A stretch of DNA of 64,000 bases from Octopus sinensis (Eukaryota): the NCBI RefSeq assembly GCF_006345805.1, contig NC_043006.1, positions 40,300,001 through 40,364,000 on the forward strand, given 5' to 3'. Shown one piece after another: positions 41,579-50,873 of this stretch (the first letter of the stretch is position 1; the number at the start of each line of letters is the position of its first letter). A program made the translations under genes and the position numbers. The notes under the pieces are model-generated. The model saw nothing but the letters and a program-made list of their open reading frames with translations. It had not been told where the DNA came from and did no database searches.

Positions 41579-42292
41579 GTGTGTATATGTTTGTCCCCTA
41601 CCATCGTTTAACAACTGATGATGGTGTGTTTACATCATAACTTAGCAGTTTGGTAAAAGAGACCGATAGAATAAGTACTAGGCTAACAAAGTCCATTTTC
41701 TCATCAGTCAGACAACTACGTTGACAGTCAATCAGACAATTAAGTTGACAGTCAGTCAGACAACTAAGTTGACAGTCAGTCAGACAACTAAGTTGGCAGT
41801 CAGTCAGACAACTAAGTTGGCAGTCAGTCAGACAACTAAGTTGACAGTCAGTCAGACAACTAAGTTGACAGTCAGTCAGACAACTAAGTTGACAGTCAGT
41901 CAGACAACTAAGTTGACAGTCAGTCAGACAACTGGTTAGGCAGACTGATGATTATATAGACAGTTAGATAACCAGGTAGAGAGAGAGAGAGAGAGAGAGC
42001 GTGAGATGACCAGATACACAGACAAATAACTAGACAGATAGCAAAATAAATATGCCCAACAAATATAGAAAAAACTTTAGACAAATTAAGAGTTTTTACC
42101 TGTCAATGCAACATTAGGTTTGTAGAATTTGGACGAAACATGAATTTTAAAAGGACATGCTTCTGACTGTGGAATAATTGATGTGGAGACTGGTGCCATG
42201 GAACTGCAATCAATGTCAATTGATAAGACAGTGCCAGTGAATAGGAGCAGCAGAAGGATTCTGGTAACCGTTGGAGACATGGTGGTCGTCAT
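139..42292 (-). CDS. FRRS1: Ferric-chelate reductase 1-like gene (signal peptide-Reeler-DOMON-cytochrome b561), 15 coding exons, 602 aa; divergent at heme ligands
   Basis: Exons 42100-42292, 39046-39191, 35657-35745, 34516-34618, 31430-31642, 27194-27298, 21473-21626, 19362-19484, 17430-17545, 13887-13973, 11090-11158, 6435-6534, 4379-4525, 2629-2699, 139-231. All GT-AG with compatible phases; total 1809 nt, open, ending in TAA. Motifs CGKTRGC, FALSDD.xGDD, KTH.ILM..AW, WF.V, AHP and GRRFKK match recalled FRRS1 sequence. The symbol denotes the family; this is probably a paralog. Confidence 0.9.
874..1098. mobile_element. Fold-back element with unique tail, internally deleted copy; 15-bp TSD
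   Basis: Inverted arms ~873-945 and ~979-1043; TSD ATAAGATTAATTTAT at 859-873 and 1099-1113. Confidence 0.75.
2629..2699 (-). CDS. FRRS1: FRRS1-like exon 14, hydrophilic loop (ERREKYEYSKRENPKLYIPEPHPV)
   Basis: ctattgcag acceptor, GTAAGT donor; phase 1 to 0 bridges exons 13 and 15 exactly. Confidence 0.85.
2750..2980. mobile_element. TTAA-flanked MITE
   Basis: TTAA|CCCATTCATGCTGA...TCAGCAGAAATGGG|TTAA. Confidence 0.65.
4379..4525 (-). CDS. FRRS1: FRRS1-like exon 13, TM (IPTLLISLDYGRYYIPWWITWFLV...YYEKNE)
   Basis: ccttgcag acceptor, GTAAGT donor, phase 1 to 1. Confidence 0.9.
4713..4760 (+). ncRNA. Slightly degenerate type I hammerhead motif in a PLE-like fragment
   Basis: GCCT-CTGATGA-A-AGGAT...ATCCCT-GAAAT-AGTA-GTA^AGGC; stem I GCCT/AGGC intact. 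Confidence 0.6.
5401..5720 (-). mobile_element. tRNA-headed short element carrying a hammerhead motif (copy 1), with inverted partial tail and 12-bp TSD
   Basis: Minus strand TGGCGTAGTGG A-box, degenerate B-box, (AAT)n, CTGATGA-A-GGCTG..CAGCT-GAAACGTT. TSD ATGAACAGATAT at 5389-5400 and 5720-5731. Confidence 0.75.
6435..6534 (-). CDS. FRRS1: FRRS1-like exon 12, b561 TM (PIIMLLIRCTDGCLQFIFNIICFILCLVTLILA)
   Basis: ctcttacag acceptor, GTGAGT donor, phase 0 to 1. Confidence 0.88.
11090..11158 (-). CDS. FRRS1: FRRS1-like exon 11, b561 TM (APYLPLRAHPIMLIVVFVCVLII)
   Basis: tttccag acceptor, GTAAGT donor, 23 codons; HP motif. Confidence 0.9.
12716..13106. mobile_element. Fold-back element (~155-bp arms) with unique tail; 14-bp TSD
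   Basis: Arms ~12712-12868 and ~12903-13060; TSD TATTTAAGGTTTGT at 12702-12715 and 13107-13120; same family as 874-1098. Confidence 0.8.
13887..13973 (-). CDS. FRRS1: FRRS1-like exon 10, b561 TM (VYWPCMVSVFVLMILAFIFFFVDAGGYVE)
   Basis: ttttcag acceptor, GTAAGT donor, 29 codons. Confidence 0.92.
15453..15665 (+). mobile_element. SINE family C (GGCGGCGAGCTGGCAGAA...TTCATCCTTTCGGGGTCGAT)
   Basis: Other copies at ~39578-39790 and 58940-59092 (+); ~11250-11650 and 13430-13570 (-); a tandem-triplicated copy at 34960-35555 (-). Confidence 0.85.
17430..17545 (-). CDS. FRRS1: FRRS1-like exon 9, b561 TM (VILMILAWIVCAPIG...KRYWFV)
   Basis: tttgcag acceptor, GTAAGT donor, phase 1 to 0. Confidence 0.92.
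19362..19484 (-). CDS. FRRS1: FRRS1-like exon 8, DOMON end (KKTEHG) to first b561 His (IAKTH)
   Basis: ttccag acceptor, GTAAGT donor, 123 nt, phase 1 to 1. Confidence 0.9.
20437..20661. mobile_element. Mariner-type MITE
   Basis: GGGGGTGCTGAAAAGTTCCTGGCTTT / AAAGCTAGGAACTTTACAGCACCCCCTCG|TA inverted ends. Confidence 0.75.
21473..21626 (-). CDS. FRRS1: FRRS1-like exon 7, DOMON (PKKGIVFETGSHYNNRLRCLFRIQK...WHVLLGGGKAWD)
   Basis: Long CT-rich tract plus catcag acceptor, GTAAGT donor, phase 0 to 1. Confidence 0.9.
22020..22290. mobile_element. Fold-back PLE-like mini-element with a decayed hammerhead in each arm
   Basis: Arms ~22020-22120 and ~22150-22254 are imperfect reverse complements. The tail aattcctcatcttagaaatatagaa resembles the tail of the 5401/30065 elements. 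Confidence 0.6.
23678..24080. repeat. Compound (GTG/GTA)n microsatellite
   Basis: Directly visible; source of the poly-Val ORF. Confidence 0.95.
25720..26202. mobile_element. TTAA-flanked (piggyBac-type) MITE tandem dimer
   Basis: TTAA|CCCTTTTGTTACC...GGTATCAAAAGGG unit occurs twice with a ~30-bp spacer. Confidence 0.75.
27194..27298 (-). CDS. FRRS1: FRRS1-like exon 6, DOMON (GDDYAFDCIEDFKHGVVSVSLSYIRGVNDIVELDE)
   Basis: ttatccag acceptor, GTAAGT donor, 35 codons; not in the ORF track. Confidence 0.9.
30065..30346 (-). mobile_element. tRNA-headed short element carrying a hammerhead motif (copy 2)
   Basis: Colinear with 5401-5680; A-box TGGCGTAGTGG, B-box GAGTTCGATTC, GACAC-CTGATGA-A-AGCTG..CAGCC-GAAAC-ATT-GTGTT. 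Confidence 0.75.
30507..31278. mobile_element. MITE with ~110-bp inverted arms, interrupted by a SINE
   Basis: 30507-30615 is the imperfect reverse complement of ~31162-31271. Confidence 0.75.
31430..31642 (-). CDS. FRRS1: FRRS1-like exon 5, start of DOMON (CGKTRGCYREPAGC...WMTFALSDDTYE)
   Basis: tttcag acceptor, GTAAGT donor, 71 codons, phase 0 to 0. Confidence 0.92.
34516..34618 (-). CDS. FRRS1: FRRS1-like exon 4, Reeler end and linker (FTISRDYQTFWIRERS...KVPQE)
   Basis: tttttgcag acceptor, GTGAGC donor, phase 2 to 0; Y.TFW motif. Confidence 0.88.
35657..35745 (-). CDS. FRRS1: FRRS1-like exon 3, Reeler (DGYVKINNKLLSNITFFWSADKYVGHIYF)
   Basis: ttttattccag acceptor, GTAAGT donor, phase 0 to 2; Reeler-type W.A...GHI.F. 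Confidence 0.88.
36058..36370 (+). mobile_element. tRNA-derived SINE with a well-preserved head; relative at ~62840-63150
   Basis: TGGCCTAGTGG A-box, GGTTCGAATCTC B-box, A-rich tail; the body is not tRNA. Confidence 0.8.
36486..37735. repeat. ~166-bp tandem satellite, ~7.5 near-identical copies
   Basis: CATTTGTGAAATAACATATGAACTG recurs at about 36486, 36653, 36819, 36984, 37148, 37313, 37480 and 37647. Confidence 0.95.
37850..38530. repeat. Degenerate tandem repeat (cagtgaacacaatatactcaag-like units)
   Basis: AGTGAACAC cores recur with variable spacers. Confidence 0.75.
39046..39191 (-). CDS. FRRS1: FRRS1-like exon 2, Reeler (VTVSSIDGSKFQDLQIVARK...NCKEVSG)
   Basis: ttttcag acceptor, GTAAGT donor, phase 1 to 0. 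Confidence 0.88.
39808..40345. mobile_element. Second copy of the TTAA-flanked MITE dimer
   Basis: Same two units and a similar spacer as 25720-26202; a SINE tail fragment is inserted near 39848-39899. Confidence 0.75.
41193..41537. mobile_element. Palindromic Tc1/mariner-type MITE (~155-bp TIRs) nested in a SINE
   Basis: TA|CAGTTGCTGCCAAAATGTTCAGAA...TTCTGAACATTTTGGCCGCAACTG; near-perfect hairpin. Confidence 0.9.
41705..41935. repeat. 24-bp minisatellite x ~9.5 (GTCAGTCAGACAACTAAGTTGACA)
   Basis: Directly visible; lies in the intron after coding exon 1. Confidence 0.95.
42100..42292 (-). CDS. FRRS1: FRRS1-like coding exon 1: signal peptide and Reeler N-terminus (MTTTMSPTVTRILLLLLFTGTVLS-IDIDCSSMAP...KPNVALT)
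   Basis: Hydrophobic signal peptide; donor G|GTAAAA at 42100/42099. Upstream acceptor tttcccacag puts the exon start at 42346 (54 nt 5'UTR). Met at 42280 has ACCACCATG context. Confidence 0.88.
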
Positions 42293-42794
42293 GAATTTGG
42301 CTCAACTGGAATATCAATTTCTCATCAAGGACTTGTATGGAATTTTCTGTGGGAAAGAAAAAGTGAGAATTAGAAACATGGAAGTAATGTGAAATGCTAA
42401 ACATGGTGCTCAAAGATATTCCATATTGTTCTTCTCTCAGGCATCATGTATCAAGAACAACAGTATCTTAAATGGCATGCTATTACTATGACAATAGCAA
42501 GTGATTTAAAGATTCAACTGCTATATCTAGCAGATCTATGAGACAGTAAAACATGATGCACACGAGGAATAGTAAACACACAATGGCAACATGAGGGGAT
42601 AAGATGTAAAGTGAATGAGAAATGGTAAGATGATGATGGGAAACTGCAAAATGTAGTGGAATGGTAAATTGATTGTAATAGATGAGGGGAATGAGGAATA
42701 GTGGTGGTGGTGGTGGTTTTGGTGGTAGTAGTAATAGTATTGGATCATGCACTGTAACAGCATGTCATTGCATCCACCATTTGCATAGCCCCAT

Positions 42795-43192
42795 TACTCT
42801 TACTCTTTACTTGTTTCAGTCATTTGACTGCGGCCATGCTGGAGCACCGCCTTTAGTCGAGCAAATCGACCCTGGGACTTATTCTTTGTAAGCCCAGTAC
42901 TTATTCTATTGGTCTCTTTTGCCGAACCGCTAAGTGACGGGGACGTAAACACACCAGCATCGGTTGTCAAGCAATGCTAGGGGGACAAACACAGACACAC
43001 AACACATATATATATATATACATATATACGACAGGCTTCTTTCAGTTTCCATCTACCAAATCCACTCACAAGGCATTGGTCGGCCCGGGGCTATGGCAGA
43101 AGACACTTGCCCAAGATGCCACGCAGTGGGACTGAACCCGGAACCATGTGGTTGGTAAGCAAGCTACTTACCACACAGCCACTCCTGCACCC
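42795..43192 (-). mobile_element. SINE family B (tRNA-like head, internal CA/TA microsatellite), full-length copy
   Basis: Other copies at ~8465-9235, 19870-20240, 30632-31000, 33740-34000, 41041-41690, 48195-48590, 49680-50055, 51460-51830, 52035-53715, 56780-57165 and 63800-64000. Confidence 0.85.
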
Positions 43193-43874
43193 ATGGGCAA
43201 GAATTTTCTACTATAGCCTCAGTCTGATCAAAGACTTGTCAGTGGATTTGGTAGATGGAAACTGAAAGAAGTCCATCATGTATGCACACACACACACACA
43301 CACATATGCTTGGTTGGTAAATCCACAAGTTTTCTTTTATTTTCTCTGTTTATTTTCTCATATTCCTTTCTGTTGAAGAGCACAGGGTCAAAACATAAAA
43401 GACTTTTTCATTTTTCCCAAGTGTCAAACAAATACACCTGTATGAACAAGCAAATGATGAGCCCACACCTGAATCTCTAATCATACAAAAGCTGACTGGA
43501 CATTGGGCAAAATACACCTGAAATATGACATTATCTCTCCAGGACAGTGTAGAAGTCAGTTAAGCAGAAGACAGGGTATGTCTGAACCAATGGTTCTGTC
43601 AACCACACCTTGTCATTCAACCAACAACTTAGGTATCACAGGTGTGTTCCACCAGAGCAGACTGGAACGAGAGAGCAACAACAGATACAACTGCGCCACA
43701 GGTGTTTTCCAATCAGATCAGAATGAGGTTACATAGGAATAACAGGTATAATTGTGCCACAGGTGTTACATCGCATTCATATGGTAAAGGTGAGTCTGAT
43801 GTACAACGGAATTATTTCAGAAGTTGTTCGACATTAAATTTTTTTTTTTTTTGACAACTTAGTCAATGCTGTTG

Positions 43875-45040
43875 ACTAGGTTGTAAAAGAAACCGATGCC
43901 TGGATTCCACAGCACGTGAGAGCCAACATCACAAGAACCATCATAATGAACAAATATACAGGGTGGGTGGAAAGTAACCAGGCACTAGAAATTATAGAAT
44001 TTTTAGTATCACTGAAGTCTTGATGAAAACATTTTTTAAGCAGACAACACTAATGGGGATTTCTTATTTCCTTATTTATTTCTTATTTTCCAGATGGCTG
44101 GTCACTTGACTGTTCAGGAGCGAACTAAGATAGCAGCACGCTATGCAGTGTGGAATTCCATTGTTTTATTTCAGAGATGGTGGTGTGCATGGAAAGGTAA
44201 GCATGCAACACAACATCTGGAGACAATAAAATGTGGTCATGCAAAGCTTATGACCACAGGCTCAGTGAACGATGCAACAAGTGGCTGTCCAAACACATCC
44301 TGATCGATGGAAAATATGGCAACAGTGCAGGAAATATTTAACTGCAGCCCGCAAAAATCAACATATTAAGCAGCTCATGAAAGTGGACTAACAAGACACA
44401 CAATATGTACGGTGTTGCATAAAGTATTGAATTTTCATCCATGGAAACACTATGATATGCAGGAATTAAAACCTGAAGACTGTGACCACAGAAGTCTAAA
44501 AGTTCAGATCTTACTCCATGTGATTTTGACCTGTGAGGTTACTCAAAAGAGGTGTACACAACAAAACCTTGCACACTGGAGGACTTGGAGACACAGATTC
44601 GGGAGGTTCTCAATGATATTCCAGATGATGTCCTTCAGAAGAATCATTCCATCCCTGGCCGTTTGAGGAAACTTGTTGACCCCACCGGTGCTTACGTTGA
44701 AATATGAAGATTTACTTTCATTTTCCCATGTAATAAAGAACATGTATCATTTGTTTCAATAAATTTGTAAAAGGAATATGGATTTTATTAGCGATTTTTA
44801 ATGCCTGCTTACTTTTCACCCAGCCTGCAGATGGGCTGGCCACATCACACAACTGAAGAACACATATGGACAATCAAAGTGAGAGAATGGATGCCAAGAC
44901 AATGGACAAGATCAAGAAGTGACCAAAGACAAGTTGGCGAGATGATCTCACTTGCTGCCTGAAGCTTACATGGCCAAGACTGACGAGAGATAGACAGTGG
45001 CAGAAGGAATCCAAGGAGGGGCTCTTCCTTCAGGAGTCAT
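43875..45040 (+). mobile_element. Decayed RTE-type LINE 3' fragment interrupted by the Tc1/mariner element
   Basis: After 44828 the sequence encodes RWAGHI, WTIKVREWMP and PKTSWRDDL pieces typical of the RTE C-terminus. Confidence 0.55.
43959..44827 (+). mobile_element. Internally deleted Tc1/mariner-superfamily transposon
   Basis: TA|CAGGGTGGGTGGAAAGTAACCAGGCA and TGCCTGCTTACTTTTCACCCAGCCTG TIRs; N-terminal MAGHLTVQERTKIAARY...QRWW and SSDLTPCDF (SPDL.P.D-type) remnants. Confidence 0.8.
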
Positions 45041-45336
45041 GAAGACCTACATATTGGACAACCTAGTCAAAGGAAGAAAAGTAGCAACCATAAACTTTAC
45101 TAGGGCCTCCAAGACTGACAAGAGAAAGAGAGGAAGAAACCACAACCTCCAATGATACATAGGAGGTGAAGAAGAATGGAGGAAACCACAACTTCCAGGT
45201 AAATACAAGAGGTGAGTATAATGAAATGAAACTAGGTCAGGGTTAATTTTTTGCTCTAAATTTTTTTGCTGCAGGCAAGCACAAATAGTTGCATGTGTCC
45301 AAATTTTGCCTTTGCCAAGGATGCATGTATCCATGA

Positions 45337-46850
45337 GTGCTTTTTATGCAGCACCATCACCAGTGCTTTTTATGTGGCACCATCACCAGTGCTTTTAATG
45401 TGGCACCATCACCAGTGCTTTTTATGTGGCACCATTGCCAGTGCTTTTTTACATGGCACCATCACCAGTGCTTTTTATGTGGCACCATCACCAGTGCTTT
45501 TTATGTGGCACCATTGCCAGTGCTTTTTTTTACATGGCACCATCACCAGTGCTTTTTTTACATGGCACCAACACCGGTGCTTTTTTACATGGCACCATCA
45601 CCAGTGCTTTTTTTACATGGCACCATCACCAGTGCTTTTTATGTGGCACCATTGCCAGTGCTTTTTTACATGGCACCATCACCAGTGCTTTTTATGTGGC
45701 ACCATCACCAGTGCTTTTTATGTGGCACCATCACCAGTGCTTTTAATGTGGCACCATCACCAGTGCTTTTTATGTGGCACCATCACCAGTGCTTTTTATG
45801 TGGCACCATCACCAGTGCTTTTTATGTGGCACCATCACCAGTGCTTTTTATGTGGAACCATCACCAGTGCTTTTTATGTGGCACCATTGCCAGTGCTTTT
45901 TTTTACATGGCACCATCACCAGTGCTTTTAATGTGGCACCATCACCAGTGCTTTTAATGTGGCACCATCACCAGTGCTTTTTATGTGGCACCATCACCAG
46001 TGCTTTTTATGTGGCACCATCACCAGTGCTTTTTATGTGGCACCATCACCAGTGCTTTTTATGTGGAACCATCACCAGTGCTTTTTATGTGGCACCATTG
46101 CCAGTGCTTTTTTTTACATGGCACCATCACCAGTGCTTTTAATGTGGCACCATCACCAGTGCTTTTAATGTGGCACCATCACCAGTGCTTTTTATGTGGC
46201 ACCATCACCAGTGCTTTTTATGTGGCACCATCACCAGTGCTTTTTATGTGGAACCATCACCAGTGCTTTTTATGTGGAACCATCACCAGTGCTTTTTATG
46301 TGGAACCATCACCAGTGCTTTTTATGTGGAACCATCACCAGTGCTTTTTATGTGGAACCATCACCAGTGCTTTTTATGTGGAACCATCACCAGTGCTTTT
46401 TATGTGGCACCATCACCAGTGCTTTTTATGTGGCACCATCACCAGTGCTTTTTATGTGGAACCATCACCAGTGCTTTTTATGTGGAACCATCACCAGTGC
46501 TTTTTATGTGGAACCATCACCAGTGCTTTTTATGTGGAACCATCACCAGTGCTTTTTATGTGGAACCATCACCAGTGCTTTTTATGTGGCACCATCACCA
46601 GCTTTTTTATGTGGCACCATCACCAGTGCTTTTTATGTGGCACCATCACCAGTGCTTTTTATGTGGAACCATCACCAGTGCTTTTTATGTGGAACCATTG
46701 CCAGTGCTTTTTATGTGGCACCATCACCAGTGCTTTTTATGTGGAACCATTGCCAGTGCTTTTTATGTGGCACCATCACCAGTGCTTTTTATGTGGAACC
46801 ATCACCAGTGCTTTTTATGTGGCACCATCACCAGTGCTTTTTATGTAACA
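45337..46850. repeat. 26-bp minisatellite, ~57 copies (GGCACCATCACCAGTGCTTTTTATGT)
   Basis: Directly visible; explains the repetitive ORFs in all three frames. Confidence 0.97.
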
Positions 46851-48067
46851 CTAGCACCGGTGCTTTAATGATGATAGTTTAACAGTTCGGAATGAAGAGA
46901 GAAATAAATTAATTCAGCATTTGGCATGAGCCAAATGGGAACTGAATAATCTGAACAAACCCTTTCATACAAAATTTTTCGATTTGTATCTTGACAAAGC
47001 GTTTGTTTATCATAAAGCCAAAATCTAGAATAAACATTATGGAGAATAAACAGACACAAGAACTGAAGAGTAGCAGAGGAAAATTTTAGCCAAGGTGAAT
47101 GGCACTTGCTGCCTTCATCAGGCAGATATCCAGAATTAAAACATCCAGCAATAAGAACAAGCCTACATACAGACATTACACAGAAATACACATATTCTTG
47201 TACAATTAGAACACTATGCACACACACACAAACACACACACACATGTACATGTGTAAGAATTTCTGGAACTCTATGACCAATATAGACACTATCTAAATA
47301 GAAGGATTCCATCTGTGCTTTTGGTTTAGTAGAACTTCTTTGGTGAAATGAACTTCTTAATAACAAACTGCTGTTAGCTGTTTGAATAGCTGGATGGATG
47401 AGGCAGATGAGGAGGCAGAGAAGGTGAGAGGAAGAGAGAGGGGGAGGAGGAAGAGGAGATCGTTGATAATAGAGTCATGATAAGGAAGAGAAGCGGTGGA
47501 GGGGGTGAAATTTGGACAACAATTCTACAGTGTATTCTGGTGTGTAGGTGGTTATGTGTGTGTTTGTGTTCATGTTTATAAATGTATGAATGGGTGTGCT
47601 AGAGAGAGAGAGAGAGAGAGAGCATATATTTATGCTGTCAGTATGTGTTTGGTGTAGTTTGGTAGGCAGCAATGTGTACATGTTAAAGAAAGAACATGAG
47701 TAAACACACACACACACACATTCTTTCCATCTGTGGGTTGGTACCAGAAAATGTATTTGCTGCATGACATCATCCTTATTTTAAACACCCTCATTATATC
47801 CGCATTTGTATGGATGCAAGTAGGACTGAATAGTTAAGAAGCTTGCTTCACAACCACGAGGTGCCAGGTTCAATTCCACTGCATGGCACTTCAGACAAGC
47901 ATCCTTTTACTATATATACTTTGAGTCGACCCAAGCTCTCGGTAGCGGAACAGAGCCAACAGAACCTATATAGTAGCCCATTAGATCAACTGTACCAGTA
48001 ATTATACCAGGTCCAGCCTTGTCTCTCACACACACTGTGTCACACTGATTTGATTTGAGAATTACAT

Positions 48068-48672
48068 TAACCACTTAGCATTTAAACCAGCTATATCTGA
48101 CCAATATAATCTACCTGTATTATCTTCAAACTGACCAGATTTGGCCTCTCACATTTAACCTACAATGTCATTCTAAAAACAAACAATCATTAGGTATAGG
48201 AGTGACAGTGTGGTAAGTAGCTTGCTTACGAACCACATGGCACCTCGAGCAAGTGTCTTTTACTATAGCCTCGGGCCGACCAAAGCCTTGTGAGTGGATT
48301 TGGTAGATGGAAACTGAAAGAAGCCCATCGTATATGTGTGTGTGTGTGTGTATATATATATGTGTGTGTGTGTATGTATGTATGTATATGTGTCTGTGTT
48401 TGTCCCCCCAACATCACTTGACAACCGATGCTACTGTGTTTACGTCCCAGTAACTTAGCAGTTCAGCAAAAGAGACTGACAGAATAAGTACTAGGCTTAC
48501 AAAGAATAAACTCTGAGGTTGATTTGCTCGACTAAAGGCGGTGCTCCAGCACGGCCACAGTCAAATGACTGAAACTAGTAAAAAGAGTTACAAAAATGTA
48601 TGACTAATTCACATCAATGTGAATATAATAAACATTACATTCAATAGAGAAATCTGAATGCTAAAGGGTTAA
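48068..48672. mobile_element. TTAA-flanked MITE with nested SINE; related pieces at ~15210-15435, ~17180-17292 and ~26392-27155
   Basis: TTAA|CCACTTAGCATTT...AATGCTAAAGGG|TTAA. Confidence 0.6.
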
Positions 48673-50248
48673 GGAACCACATGTGCCTGTGGAATATTCA
48701 GCCACTTATACATCCATTTAATGAAAAGGTAGCTCGACTGATTAACTGAAGGCCCATAGCAGAAACCAATGGAGAGTTCATCATATATCAGGTCATTAGA
48801 ATGAAGTGTCCGATTTTCTTATGCACCAAGTTTGATAGTCGTTAACTCCAATGCTTTATCCAGACAATTCTTTGTTTTAAAGGTTTTACAACATTGAAGA
48901 GTTACATCATCACTCTCAGGTCAAAATCGGACATTTCATTCTTAATGACCTGATATTATCTTCCTCATACTTCAACATCTTATCACCGGACATAAAAACC
49001 ATTGTTCTCCCTGAAATACCCCCACGTGACTTGATAAATATAACAGTCAAATTTCTTTCATATCACACCGTACACCTTCTTTTTTCATCTCTTTTGCTTA
49101 GTTTGGTCATTGGACTGCAGCCGTGCTATGGCCACATAGAAGGGTTTTAGCCAAACTTATTTTTTTTAAGCCCAGTACTTCTATCAAATATTTTTGGTGA
49201 ACTACTAAGTCATAAGGATGGAAACAATCCAACCGGACGTCAAGTGGTCATGGGGTACCAAACACACACACTTGATGGGATTCCATACAGTTTCTGTCTA
49301 ACAAGTTAATTCACTAAGCACTGGTTAGTCCAGTGCTATAGTTGAAGACACTTGCCCAAGAAGCCATGCTGTGGGGTACTCAACTCAAAATTATGTTGTT
49401 GCAAAGCAAGCTTTTTAACCAGCCAACCATGTCATCCCATGCTGATACAAAAGTTAATGGGAAAGAAAAAAAAAAGCTCCAGGCAGGGTGGTACAACTAT
49501 AATACCTTTAAAATACTTTGAACTGACCAGGGACAAAACAACAACAATAACAGCTCACACACTTCCAAAACACAAAATAACTCGATCAAAGTTCACCCGG
49601 GACTACACAGCAAACAATGTATTAACAGCACATACAAATGTGTACACTGGTTGTGTGTGTGTGTGTGTTTTATCTTTTCTTTTAACATTTACTGATTTCA
49701 GTCATTAGACTGCAGCCATGCTGGAGCATCACCTTAAAGTAGTTTTGGTTGAGTGAATTGACACCATTACTTATTTTTGTCAAGCCTGGTACTTTTGCAA
49801 AACCGCTAAGTTACGAGGACATAAAACACACCAACACCAGCTGTCAAAACGCTAGGGGAAAAAAAAACAAACACAAACACACATACACACAATGGGCTTC
49901 TTTCAGTTTCCGTCTACCAGATCCACTCACAAGGCTTTGGCTGGACTGAAACTACAGTAGAAGACACTCAGCCAAAGTGCCACGCAGTGAGACGGAACTC
50001 AGAACCGTGTAGTTGGGAAGCAAGCTTCTTACTACACAGCCACACCTGCACCTATATGCATGAATGTGTAAGTTTCTCCACTTGAATTAATTGTTTGTGC
50101 TTCATCCAATGAGCTTCCCTTTTCAAAGATGATAGGTAGGTATAGGCATGGCTGTGTGGGTAAGAAGCTTGCTTCCCAACCACATGCTTTCAAGTTCATT
50201 TCTACTGTGCAGCACCTTGGGCAAATATCTTGAAATACAGCTCCAAAT

Positions 50249-50873
50249 CAGTGGTTCTCAAAGTAGGTGGTATTGCCCAACTGGGGGCAGTGGAAAGTTC
50301 GAAGGGGGCACTGAAGAAAAGTGGGGCGATAATGGGGTCGCGATTCATGCAAAAAGTGGGGCAATAATGGGGTAGCGATTCATGTAAAAAGTAGGGCAAT
50401 AATGGGGTAGCAATTCATGTAAAAAGTGGGGCAATAATGGGGTAGTGATTCATGTAAAAAATGGGGCAATAATGGGGTAGAGATTCATGTAAAAAGTGGG
50501 ACAATAATGGGGTAATGATTCATGTAAAAAGTAGGGCAATAATGGGGTAATGATTCATGTAAAAAGTAGGGCAATAATGGGGTAGTGATTCATGTAAAAA
50601 GTGGGGCAATAATGGGGTAATGATTCATATAAAAAGTAGGGCAATAATGCGGTAGTGATTCATGTAAAAAGTGGGGCAATAACGGGGTAGAGATTCATGT
50701 AAAAATAACAAAATAATGGGTTCATTAGGTTAAGTTATATTTGTGAAATACAGTTGCTTTGAATTTACTTCAGAAAGAGGTGTATGTTTGTGATGGTTAG
50801 TTGGGGTAGGGTTGCTAGGAATCTGGCCTGGGTGTCTAGGGGGCGGTAGCCCGAAAAAGTTTGGGAACCACTG
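50249..50873. mobile_element. hAT-type MITE containing a 35-bp tandem array, nested in a SINE
   Basis: TIR CAGTGGTTCTCAAA / TTTGGGAACCACTG; 8-bp flanks CTCCAAAT and CTCTAGAT. Confidence 0.8.
50316..50705. repeat. 35-bp minisatellite x ~11 (AAAAAGTGGGGCAATAATGGGGTAGTGATTCATGT)
   Basis: Directly visible tandem units. Confidence 0.95.

Noticed and set aside
41721-41939. (TVSQTTKL)n mucin-like ORF
   Set aside because: 24-bp intronic minisatellite with no splice or start support.
45266-46882. Long His/Cys-rich ORFs (up to 287 aa) and a CRISPR-like look
   Set aside because: They come from a stop-poor 26-bp tandem repeat read in all frames; there are no unique spacers and no cas genes.
47098-47128. 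Minus-strand CTGATGA-A-GGCA(GCAAG)TGCC hammerhead-like start
   Set aside because: No GAAA after stem II, so the core is incomplete; the CTGATGA at ~1173 fails for the same reason.
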